Origin: Yuukianura sp. NJ FZ-2021
Lineage: Eukaryota
Direction: 5' to 3'
DNA: 64,000 nt
NCBI GenBank assembly: GCA_046563655.1
Contig: CM102290.1
Coordinates: forward strand, 2,852,001-2,916,000
A program made the position numbers and the translations under genes. Under the pieces are notes generated by a model, which was not told where the DNA came from, did no database searches, and worked only from the letters and a program-made list of their open reading frames with translations. This document shows, piece after piece, positions 12,944-25,234 of this stretch (within the stretch, counting starts at the first letter, position 1; each line of letters begins with the position of its first letter).

Positions 12944-14137
12944 CTCTTTTTAAATAACATAATTCCAAATTTCAAAACGTTAAAAATTTAGTAGGAAAAT
13001 CACTCTGTTTAAATAACATAATTCCAAATTTCAAAACGTTAAAAATTTAGTAGGAAAACCACTCTGTTTAAATAACATAATTCCAAATTTCAAAACGTTA
13101 AAAATTTAGTAGGAAAACCACTCTGTTTAAATAACATAATTCCAAATTTCAAAACGTTAAAAATTTAGTAGGAAAATCACTCTTTTTAAATAACATAATT
13201 CCAAATTTCAAAACGTTAAAAATTTAGTAGGAAAATCACTCTTTTTAAATAACATAATTCCAAATTTCAAAACGTTAAAAATTTAGTAGGAAAATCACTC
13301 TTTTTAAATAACATAATTCCAAATTTCAAAACGTTAAAAATTTAGTAGGAAAATCACTCTTTTTAAATAACATAATTCCAAATTTCAAAACGTTAAAAAT
13401 TTAGTAGGAAAACCACTCTTTTTGGTAAACTTTTACTATCGTGTACTTTTTTTGATTTTGATGAAAATTTTTCTGAAAACACTCTTGGGTCCACTGATCA
13501 CAAAAAGCAAAAAAAAAAAAAGTTGGGTCGCGACTGGAAGTAATTTTTTTCGAATTTTGAAAATTAAAATTTTCCCATAAGGACCCATATTAACTTTTTC
13601 TGAAAATAAGGTTTTTGCCTCTATTTTGCGAAGTTAGGTTAGATAAGGTTTGTGAAAGCGTTATGCAATGTTTGCATAACGTTTAGGTTAGGTTAGGTTA
13701 GGTTTCGAAAATTGGGATTTTTTTCTTCAAAAAGTTAACATGGGTTCTTATGTGAAAATTTAAATTTTCAAAATTCGAAAAAAATTACTTCCAGTCGCGA
13801 CCCAACTTTTTTTTTTGCTTTTTGTGATCAGTGGACCCAAGAGTGTTTTCAGAAAAATTTTCATCAAAATCAAAAAAAGTACACGATAGTAAAATTTTTC
13901 CCTCTTTTTAAATAACATAATTCCAAATTTCAAAACGTTAAAAATTTAGTAGGAAAATCACTCTTTTTAAATAACATAATTCCAAATTTCAAAACGTTAA
14001 AAATTTAGTAGGAAAATCACTCTTTTTAAATAACATAATTCCAAATTTCAAAACGTTAAAAATTTAGTAGGAAAATCACTCTTTTTAAATAACATAATTC
14101 CAAATTCCGAAACGTTAAAAATTTAGTAGGAAAATCA
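12944..14137. repeat. 59-bp tandem array: 8 units left and 4 units right of an inserted element
   Basis: Unit ctctttttaaataacataattccaaatttcaaaacgttaaaaatttagtaggaaaatca starts at 12944, 13003, ... 13357 and at 13902, 13961, 14020, 14079, with only a few substitutions. Confidence 0.97.
13424..13901. mobile_element. 478-bp non-autonomous DNA transposon with ~170-bp TIRs and an 8-bp TSD (Merlin- or Mutator-like ends)
   Basis: Ends GGTAAACTTTTACTATCG ... CGATAGTAAAATTTTTCC. Direct repeat CTCTTTTT at 13416-13423 and 13902-13909. Spacer holds TTAGG x4 and a 10-bp hairpin. Confidence 0.88.
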
Positions 14138-15280
14138 CTGCTGAAAAACCTGAAAATCCGAAATCGGTAAACTATGCAATAACGGAAAACTTCTTATTAG
14201 AATAACAGATAGATAGAAGGTATGTATTAGATATGCGAATTTTTTCAAAGAAAGTTCTAGCTTTGACTACGTTGTTGATTTTGCTGAAAAAAAAAATGCT
14301 TCAAAAGCGAGAATTCAATCACTATGGCAACACTAATTCGCGAAATTGACCAAGCCACGAAAAACACACCTCCAACCTACATTTCATTAGTAATAGATAT
14401 AGATACGTAATGCGGTTTTGGAATGTTCCCTTCTGACGTCTCGTCATTAGTATTATGATCGATAGATAGATGTGTGAATTTTTTTTTTGAAAAAATTTTT
14501 TTCTACGTTTAATTTGTCTAAGATTGTTATGACAACATCCGCCACGTTGCATTCGGAAACAAAGAAAAAGCTGTTTTTATGTTTGTGTCGTGCCTTGTGT
14601 TTTTGTGTAAAACGATTTTAGTGTAAACAATTAAATCAGTAACTATGCGGTCACGGAATTCAAAATCAACAAACTATCGGTTGCTATGCAATTCCGGAAT
14701 GACAGGATTTCATTAGTATATAATAGATAGTTTAGATAATGAAATAGAGTGGCATAATAACGCACATATACCAAAGACTGGTTGGAACATAAATTCAAAA
14801 ATGATACGTGTGAAAACACATATGCTTTACCGCCGAGTCGGTATGTCGCGCTTTTTTCAATGAACATTCGGACCAGGGATTCCTGGGTCGCCTAACAAAC
14901 TTAAGATTATTGAAGTGAGTAACGACACTACGAACATTCAAGTTTTACCATCTTAGGGACTAATACTATAGTTAGAACTAAGCATCCCATTGATGTGATA
15001 CATAAACGATGAACCCATCTCAATTAATGAATCAGTAGTAATCACTAGAAAAGCCTTTGGCAAGTTACCACACATTTTAATCGACCGTACTTTCTCAGGT
15101 GTGAATAGCGCCCCTGAACTTCACATTTGTGCAACTTCAGCTTTTTGTGGTCGTGTGGGTCAACCGCCCCCTTTTATGCTTCGAAATGGAAACAAAAATT
15201 ACGGCGCCTAATAAGGAAGGATCTGCCGATCCATGCCTATGCGCCGGATATTTATGAGTTTCGACGGGTGTATCCTGGAG

Positions 15281-16444
15281 AGGGATTCAATAGAGAATGG
15301 AAAAAAACCGAAACCAAACGCAAACCTCGAAAAACTCAAACCAACCCAATCCTAAACTGAAGTTGAAGCTCGAATTCAATTGGAATCTTGGTTTCAGCTT
15401 CTCTCGGTTTGGGTTTGCAAGCTGAAACTTAGCCGATTGTCTCAAACTCATACGTCCTAGCAAAACCGAGATGGGGCGGGAGAAATTTTGAATTGCAATT
15501 TCAAATTGAAATTGTGTTTACCTAATCAGCTGACTTTTACAAAATTAAACTTTATAACTTTTTTGCATTCCATATCAAGTAAATTTGTTCCCATCTCACT
15601 GCTTTCAACTTTTCAGACAAGGAATAGGCACTGACCACTAAGGCGCTGACCTATTCCTTGCTTCATATGATGGATTCGATGAATTGTACCCGCCTTTTAT
15701 GAATTTGTTTTTATTATAACGAATGTTATTAAGTTTCATTACATTGGGTACCAGGCTAGGCGCAAGTACGTTAAATGTTTACTCGTGGGATCAGCCGGAT
15801 GGTCAGAGCCATGAAAATGGTCAGCGCCTCCGGTGAGTCCCAATCATTTGACATAACGGGAGGAAACTTACGTAAGATATACACTTACTGTTAGCAGGAA
15901 TCTAAGCGTAATGTTTAAATGTGATGATTAGGTGAATGCAGATCTCATTTTAATTGTATAGTTATTCCCTCCACTGCATGATACTAGGAAGTTTCTCTAT
16001 TCCGAACTGGGTCCCGACGTCGTTACTTTAATATCACAACCACTGCACAATTAGTGTTGTTGGCGTATGGTTTTTTACTTTAAAACCTTAATCTTCTATT
16101 GGACTACTGCGCTGACCACTTATTATGGCGCTGACAGTAGTCACAAGGAGTAATAATTAGTAATTAGTAATGGCGAAGCAATGGGTAAACCAGTTCCAAG
16201 CCTGGTCTGGACCTGGATTGCAAAAAGCTTAGTTTTGGCTAACTTTTAGCTTACTCCAAAAGTCTATTGAATAAGCCGATTCAATAGACCTCGAGTTTTC
16301 TCCTGTTTGGCTCGGTTTCCTCTCGCTTTCTGTTTGGTTTCGGGTTGGCTTGAGTAAAAATTTTTTGGATTGCATAGGTTTCAGCTTGCAATCCGGTTTG
16401 AAGACAAGCTCAAGCCAAACCATATTCTCTATTGAATTCGCCTA
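15281..16444. mobile_element. Cluster of degenerate MITE-like elements sharing the terminal motif ATTCAATAGA; best-defined copy 16274-16442 flanked by TA
   Basis: ATTCAATAGAGAAT (15285-15298) is inverted at 16424-16437. TTGCAAGCTGAAAC is inverted between ~15414 and ~16378. Hairpin GTCTATTGAAT-N6-ATTCAATAGAC at ~16262-16289. Confidence 0.55.
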
Positions 16445-17387
16445 CTGAAGATATGATGAATTTAGAGACTCACAAAACGACAAGTGGATTTAGACTTTAC
16501 TATTCTAATAAAGTGCAATAGAGCATTCCCATTGGCCAAAGTTACATTAAACAACCGAATCTCAGTCATTTCAGCTTGTGGTTGCAAAATTGCAAAATCC
16601 ATAATTCAATTTAGCACTGATGTAACTTAAACTGTCATGATTACGTCATAACCGCCTAGCTCTTAAACAATATCCACTTTCAACTAGAAAATACTGTTGC
16701 TGAAAAGAAATAACGATTTCAAATGTATTCATCATTTATGTCACAGGGTCATTCTAGAATTTATCGTTTTTATCGAATATACTTGGACTGAAAGGTAGCA
16801 GGGACAGAAAAATCATGAAAAAATCAAATCGAAAGAAATAACGAAAAGCAACGAAAGAAATCAAAAAGAAAAATCAAATCATTTGTCATGCTGCTTTAAT
16901 CTCACTGGTAAACAAAAGTACAACTTGTGACCTGTTCCTAAACAGTGGTTGACCTCGGTTGACCCTGTTCTTGAAACGTGCATGGTGAGTTTTGGAATTG
17001 GGAAATGGCAATTGGTGCGGAGGGAGCGAGTGGTATTTGGCCTGGGTATTAAATTGGAGGTTTGTTGTTTTTGGATCGATTCAATTGGCTGGGAGTCGTG
17101 TGAAAGCGCAGAAGTGATTTTTTTGAGGGTAGAGTCATTCGTCTCCTCGGTCTGTGGTGCCTCTTGTGTGTCCTTTCCTTGGACTCACCAGCCAAAAGAT
17201 CCGAAGTTATTGTCCAACAACGGATCACGAACCAGACTAGAGCTTTCTTCCCTTCTTTCTCTCATGGTACCTTGGACTGTGTTCCAGAACAACATAACCA
17301 GCACCACTCAACATCCATTCCATCTCTCACTTCCCTCGAACTCTCTTCATGGATCATCGTGCAAGAAATAGACTGGCTTCTTGCACG

Positions 17388-20300
17388 ATGGCGAACAGGA
17401 AAAGTACAATACACGCCAGGTACGTCAAACACTGCTATTTACTCGGTTAAACCAAACCTGGTCCATCACTCCTTCTGTTCTCGCCACTGTCAAAAGGTTC
17501 CGACATCTCTTCGCTGTTCTAAATAGTAGAAGAGGAGTGCGATGTCGCCGTTTTTGACAATTTGGTTACAAGAGTTGGATTGGCGGGCCGGGGTGACAGG
17601 ATTGGTGGTAAAGTAACTAGGAAGGAATTGGGTTTTGCAGATTGGGGGATTGAAATGTAAACGTCTAAACATTGAATGAAGCAAGGTACTTGTTTGGTGT
17701 AACTTACGTTTTCTTTTTGCAGGAATCTAGATTTTTACGAAAAGAGTACTACTCCAGCGCCAGCTGAGGATCCGGATGACAAGAATGATGAAGATGATGA
17801 GGATGATTTTAAAATTCGGAGGCGTCAAAGTCCGGTCAAATTAGCTACCTTCACACCGCCACCACCAACAACTGTTGCTGCAGCTCCTGCAACCCCGGCT
17901 GTCATAACCGGTACTGCGATACTTTCCAAAGCAAACTATTGGTCGTTGTTTGCTAACCTACACCTTCACTTTCCGAATTGTTTACAGATGAAATCCGAGA
18001 GCAGTTGGGTCTTGCCAAACCAATTACCACCATTGAGTATGATCGTCTCTTACTGTCCCTTCAAAGTCCACTGCCCAATGAGCAGGACATGGCTATCAGT
18101 GTTTGTACTCTACTTTCCAATGATACAAGGCACGCTTTAAAGTTCGAGAAATGTCCTGCAGTCATGGACATCCTACTCGCGCATGCTGGTATCTTCAATC
18201 ATTGTAAGTCGCCTCATTGAGTTATTTCTTTCTTAGAAAAGCTATACATTCCAGATTCCAGAAACCTTTATAATTCTTCAACAGGCAATACACGAATATT
18301 GATGGAAGAAACTTATGAGAAAGCGCGAGGGTTTAATTTTCAAGACTTTTGGAGGACGACAATATCAAATTCGGACGTGCGTGAATTGTTATGTGAGTGC
18401 TCGTTAGAACGATATCAAAACGGTGTGGGGATCGTTCCCACTGGTCGTGATGATGTGAGTTTTGAAGACGACGACGTACAAGACATCACGGAAAAGTTGA
18501 ACGATGACGACGACACAAAGTCCGAACTCGTGCAATCAGATTCCCTTGTTGACCAATCCGTCGTCTCCAACCAACCAAGTTCTACTTCTACAACTGAAGA
18601 AGATTCCGGAGAATCAAAGTCTCAAAGTGCCCTCAAGTCTGAACCCGTGCCTCTTGACGTTGTGGATGGAGTGAGCCCCGCTGCTCCTATCCCAGACAGT
18701 TTGGAGAAACTTACGACCGCTGACCCTGAATTTCAAAGTGGCGGCCAGAGTTTTTCCAACGAAACCACCGGGAATAACGAAGAACCGCTTCAGCAGGACC
18801 AAGACACGGGCCAAAGTGATCCCTTGAGAGTGCGAACTAATAGTTGTCCCTTAAATTTGGATGGAGTTGGAGAAATTGATTCTGAGGATGATTACTCAGA
18901 GGAAATTAGACCTCCCGGCACAGAAAAAGAAGTGCTGTGGGATCTCCTTGACACTGATGTGAACGCTTCGAACGTGGATTGTGAAGCTTGCTGTCCTCGG
19001 TGTCCCTGCCTTCGTCAACCGACCATCTTTGACTCCCCAGTAGTAGAAGATGAGACGGATGTGCTTGCCCTTGAGAAAAACTCTAAAATGAACGAACAGA
19101 TTGGGCAGCGAATACTTCAAGTTGCCAGTATTATACGCAACCTCAGTTTTGACAAGGAGAATGCCGAAAGGATGGGACACAATAGCGGGATTTTAAGGCA
19201 AGAGCAGTTTCTTTTTTACAGATTCCGACGTGGTGTTTAAATTAATGTGTAACTAACGACGCTGTTAATTTCTAGGTTTATTTTGGTGACTGCGAATTGT
19301 TCTTATGGCGCTCTGGTCCAACTCTCATTGGACACTTTGGGAAACATAGCTAGGTTTATGACCTTGGAAGATCCTCTGGAGAATCCATATTTCGGAATGG
19401 TTCTCTCCTTGGTAATTGACGGAATATTTTCTGTTGATCGCTTCCGTTGTCTCCGATCTCTGGAAACAGTCCGGGAATGGTGCCGTGAGGAGACAAATGA
19501 AGCCATTTTATCACCCGTCATGGATTCAAAATTCTTTTGCCGCCTCTGTGAATTGCTGACATTGTCTGACATCATGCTGCTCGTCTATACTCTGGAATGT
19601 ATTCTCTCTATTACAAGTATGGGCCAGGAAGATGTGTGTGACCAGCTTGTACGCGTCAATGGGTCTGTGGATACTCTGGTTTCCCTAGTCACTGTAGAAG
19701 TAAGTGTCCTACATAAATCGTTTTCTTATTCGTTTGTCTCGTCAATTGCTTGTTTTCATGGGAACTTTATGCAATACTCATCCTAAAAGTCATTAAGTAT
19801 CGTACATTTGTCTCTGAATTCTGCTGCTTATCAGACGTTTAACTTTAAAAGTTTTATTTTCGAAACTAACGGGTTAGAAGATGATTTTTATTACCCTGCA
19901 GAAAATGACCATTGCCATCAGGCCATTTGCCATTCCTGGAGTTTAATATGAGTCATCCATTCAAACCCGGATTTTATTGTATAAGAATATGGTATTTGAT
20001 TATTCATATCAAATTACACGTTGATTGATTTCTGTTCTCTTCTTTTTCAGGCTCAGAGTTATGGTCCAAAAGGCTGCATCCAGATGCGTGTGGTGGAGAC
20101 TTTGGTGGGACAGTCAGCTATGCTACATTTGCTTCGAAATAATGCTAACACGGCCGCCATGGCTGCAACAGATTCTCAGTCCGTCCCTTCAGTGTCACAT
20201 ACGCAAAGCATGACACCAGTAGTTCACCAACACGAACAGTTGCAGCAGACTTATCCCCTAACAATTGAAGCACAGAACAAATCTTTCTCTCTCCCACCCG

Positions 20301-23300
20301 CCTTAGTGGCAACTGTGAGTCCACAAACCGTCAGCATGACGATCGAGCAACAAAGTCCAATTCCTAGCCAAAATGTCCAGGCACCATCATCTCCTGCAAT
20401 ATCCCCACCTCCGACAACAATATACATAAGACCAGCGACACCAACATCACAACCTGTCCACACCACCCCTGTTACATCTCCAATGGATTCAAGGCCATCT
20501 CCTGCAGCACAGTCTCCGGTACACAGTACAGTCCCTGTTTCACTCCCACCACCAAGACTTACCTTGACATCACCGCCTGTTACTACTACCAATACCGCTC
20601 TCCAGAACGGAATGTATTCAGTGAAATCTGAAAATCCGCAACAGGAGACTCCGTCAGTGAAGAAGGTGACACCCATTTTTCCTGGTCAAGATGCCGACAA
20701 AAACGTCTTCAGTTTTAATCCCGACGTTAATGTAGGCTCGCTACCAGGAGCAGTGAGTGAAGATACTTGGGCACTCATGTGGATAAAAGCAGCATTTGAA
20801 CAAGTATCAGGATGTTCCATTGAGCAGGGGAAAATGTACAGGATGTACTGCTCGGCGAGAAAGGATCTGAATGTGGCTATATCAATGGAAGACTTTATCA
20901 AATGTGCAAGGTAACTCATCCTAATGAGTTACACCATATAAATAACATTTATACACTCTCAGTGTTTCATTTGATGTTGTACAGAGAAGCATATGGTGCT
21001 GGAATTGGACCAGTTATAAAGAATTTTGGTGGAAATCCACTTTCGTTTTTGGAAGGATTAAGACCAACAATGACGTTAACGAGTGTAGGAAATGGAATCT
21101 CTGGACAAAATGCCGCCAAACTCTCAAATTCAGATTCTCCTCCAAATAATCTAGCATCTACCACCGGTAAATTCAATTTTTTTAAAAATTCATTCAAACG
21201 TTCGACGTTTCTTATTTTTGACGAGTTTCCTTTTCTTGACATGAAATTATAAGTTGAATTTTAATTTTTCATTTACATAGAACAAAATGCCCAACCGAGT
21301 GCTGTCGAACAATACATTCCACCTAGAGAAATTAAGACTACATCTCCGATTCTCAAGGCTACACTGTCCCGTCCTCCGAAAATACCCAAGACATCTCCCG
21401 TAAGTCAGAAAACTACGCGGTTTATTAGTAGAAGTTTTTTAGCTTATGATTTGGAGTATGTTAGTATCGGTTTAACATTCAGCACAGACTTCAAGAGTCG
21501 GAACTTGAAGATTAGAGAGTTGTAATTTCGTTACAGTAGGAAAGCGTCTTATTTTTGTTTTTAATTTGCACATAGTCTAAGAAACAGAAAGCTACTAAAG
21601 GTAAGAAATGCCGTAGTGGAAAGGATGAAAGTCGCAGTAGTATTTCAAATCCAACGTCCTCAGTCATACGAAGTTTACTTGCATCGAAGGTAAACCATTA
21701 CATATGTCGAGAATGGTTTGAAATTAACTACAATTAATAATTGCAAGAAGATATTGGATTTGATGTCTTTCCTAACTTAAATTAATCCAACATTTAGCGA
21801 ATTTATTGATTGAGCAGCCAGAGCATGATTTATCTTAAATTAACTGTTTCATTCCCTCACCTCGAAAAACTTGTGTGGACAACTTTTTTGATTTGCAGTG
21901 TACAAACTTTCATCTCGAGTGCGCTTCCTCTCGTTTTTACGTACTAACATAATTACAAAGGCGTGCTTTCGAGTTTGTTAATTCTAACGTTTTGAGCAAT
22001 GTATTTGATTCACTTTGTTTTTCACTTTACAGGTAACCCAAAGGCAACAAAAGAAACAGCAGGTTTCTGAATCGAAACACAAACCTCCCGGTGGCAACAA
22101 AAATTCTGAGAAGAAAAAGAAAACTTCCAAAGTTAAGAAAATCAACGGCGTTGAGCTAATTTTTAAGGCTGAACCTGACGTTTCTTCAGCGTCATCTTCG
22201 CTACAAAGCACCGGTTGTGCCGATTCACTGCAGGTCAATCCACCATTGTCGTTTCAAGGAATTCTGCGAAATGGTCTAAATGTAAGACAGGGAGATTTAT
22301 CATTTAAAAATTACTTGCTTGCTGTGACTGTAGTGTTATTCGTTATTGCAGATGGAGACGGGAGCTAAATCCCCTGATGAGAACGGAAAGGAAGATCCAG
22401 AGGATGCGGGTAAATGTAAAGGAATGTTAGTTGACCTACTGGAACGTAAAGTTCCGCGTGAGAATGTAAATGGACTGCTTGGGAACCGCGAAATCCGAAT
22501 AAGCGATCGTGGTCTCGAGTTGGTTGATCAAGATGGAACGCCGTGGAAAACGTTGGGGGCGACTACCAATCACGTCCCAACCACTACAGCAGCCATATCA
22601 AATAGTTCACATAGTGCAGTTAAAACCAATGCAATTTCTTCTACCACAAATACCAAATGTCAAGAGATGACTTTTTACTCTGCGTCTGACGTCCAAGTGA
22701 CAAGTGAAACAGGAACTCAGAATTGCAAAACAGAAGATCAAACAGACGAAGGCTGTTTTGGAAACAACGACAAAGCAGTTGTGTTGATGAGCGGTGGGGG
22801 ACGAAGTGGTGAGGGCAGTTCGGAGAAAGACGAAGGGCAGAAGGAAACCGTGGACATTAATATGGATGACGCGGATCTGCTTGAAAAATTTAACGAGATC
22901 AGTGATTTGATCGTAGTTCCTCCTGAACAACTTGGCCTCAAACGCCCAAGAGCAGCAGAAGAAAAGATTCCTACAGAAGAACCCCCACCCAAGAAAAAAG
23001 CTGCTGAACCCACTACGCAGTACGCCTTTGCACGTCCGTTGGTGTTTTCTGCGGGGCAGCAAATCCTTCTCCAAACGTCTAATAATACTGGAAGTCTTCA
23101 CGGTGCAAAAGTAATAATTTCTAGACCAACTAACAGTACTGGTGATCAGCGCCAAGCATATTTTATTCTCCAGCCCCAACAGCCCGCTGCCCCTGGTTCT
23201 CCCTCTTCAAATCCAACGGCTATCAAGCTATCTCCGCTGAGTGGAATTCCTAGGCTTCCCATCCCAACTACCTCACTTCCGGTTCTTAGCACTACTTCAC

Positions 23301-24310
23301 CTAGTGTAGTTTCCAGCGACAGTTCAAAAAATCAGCAACCACCCACAAGAGTGGAAATGCCAGGGTTAAGTTCCGTTCCAGTAGTCACCAAACCTATTTC
23401 TGGTGCAGTACCTGTGAGCAACTCTCTCCAGCCGCAGGCCATAAGAAAGACTTCCGAGCAATTGGATTTAGAAATTCCATATCTGTGTGAGTGGCTTGGG
23501 TGTGGTCAGAGATTTGTAAAGCACGAACAAGTAAGTCATTAGTAATCTCACTTTTAGAATTGTTCATTTCTATTTTTATTTAGGGTAGTGTTATGTTGAG
23601 GTTTCATGAAATATCATTTGTTTTTAGATTCTTATGCATGCATTGCAAACGCATGCGCCGACATCGTTGACTGAAGCGGTCCGGTGCGATTGGCACACCA
23701 GCGGGTGTGATGGCCTCTTTCGGAAACGATTTTCACTAATGACACATCTTCAAGATCGTCATTGCAGTAAAACTGCTCTGGAAGTTTCATTACATCGACG
23801 AAAAAATAAAATTGGTAAGAGTTAGACAATCGGAGTTGTTCATAGTCATTCATTATGTAGCTTTTTACAAATTATGAATTATACTAAACTTTCATCTGTT
23901 TCTTCATTATTTCCAGAACCACCACCTCCTCCCCAGACGCCAATGAATCATCTGGGCTACGCTCCAAATGCTGCTTTCCATGCCATTAGAAGGCATGCCC
24001 TTCAATACAGCAACCCTCCCAAGGAGTTAATGGACGATATCGAGGGTCCTGTCACCAAAAGTATCCGTCTCACATCAGCTCTCATACTGAAGAACTTGTG
24101 TGACTATTCACTAATTGGAAGAAGGTAATTGATTTGCTTTTCACAAACTCCTGCAATATTTGCACACTCCGTACGCTCATAATATTGAATCGATTTTTTA
24201 GATCCCTGAAGCGACACGAGTCTCACCTGGCTTCCGTAGCCATGAGTAACGTTGAGAGTGCACGAACAATTTCCCAATTACTTTATGACATGAATGAATT
24301 GGGAAGCTAG
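17388..24310 (+). CDS. ARID2: ARID2/BAP170 homolog (PBAF subunit), about 14 exons; ARM-like region, RFX-type winged helix and two C2H2 fingers; ARID domain apparently absent
   Basis: YDRLLLSLQSPLPNEQDMAISVCTLLSN, IIRNLSF, LSLDTLGNIA, WIKAAFE...MYRMYC, YLCEWLGC, RKRFSLMTHLQDRHC, EGPVTKSIRLTSALILKNL. First coding exon inferred as 17388-17419 (MANRKSTIHAR), spliced to 17723. Confidence 0.9.
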
Positions 24311-25234
24311 AATTTATTCAGTGGTCACAATTTGACCACAACGAATAGTCTTATTTCAAGAAACTAAAATCCCAGCAAACGCCGATTTCTGACAGAAAAG
24401 TTACACTGGCTACACGGTGAGATTGGATACCAAATACGATATATTTTTGTTCTGTCATTCAACTAATACCAATTACGCAGATTTTATACTGGTTCAACTC
24501 AATTTACTATGACTTGTTTTATTAGATGTAAGGCACCTTTCTGTTACGGTTTTTTATATAATATATGTTTAGTATATATTTCCTACTCGCCATGTTTCCG
24601 GCGCTAAAAGAGCGCTTTAACCCTCCTCCCCCATGTTGTCGATGTTCAATGAACTCCCTATCGACGGTTAAGTTTTTGTGACTGCTAAAAGTACTGTAAT
24701 ATTAAGTTTTAAACACTGTATCTCAAAATTGCTTTTCTATTTATCCTGTTGAATTCGCCTCAACTCTAAAAAAAATGAAACCAAATCATGTCGAGAATAC
24801 GAAATGAAAATCGTATTTAATAAAAAGGGGAAACATATGTTTAATAGGAAATTCCGTTTTGGTGTCTGTTCGTTTTCATTGTGTTTTACAAGACCATCGT
24901 TTGTAATGCGGTGTTATTTCAGGGTTATGTATGACACATTTGACCTTTGTCACACGTCTTCTAATACGTTACGTAAAGTAGTAAAAGTGTAAACGTAAGT
25001 TTTAATTTTGGGGCGAATAGGATGACGTATTTTGGTTAATCATGAACAAAAGAAGTCGCTTTAGAACAAAGAAACTGGTTTCAATTATTCTTGTAATCCG
25101 TTGACAGTAGTAGGCGAATAAGTGCTGGTCTGAGCGTTGGTAAGCTCATGCGTTTCTATAACCTGTTTTTAAAAAATTGTGAATATTTATATTTATTCAT
25201 GTATTTCAACAGATCTGAAGACTTGTTCTAGTGG

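Noticed and set aside
13683..13702. True telomere or telomerase-healed end
   Set aside because: Only four TTAGG units, internal to a TIR element with an intact TSD.
12944..14137. CRISPR-like regular repeat array
   Set aside because: Units are head-to-tail with no unique spacers, there are no cas genes, and the context is eukaryotic.
16949..17526. ORFs 16949-17371 and 17164-17526 as the ARID domain
   Set aside because: Neither translation shows ARID motifs and both start at non-ATG codons.
18614..23179. Several minus-strand ORFs inside ARID2
   Set aside because: Shadow ORFs antisense to well-supported coding exons.
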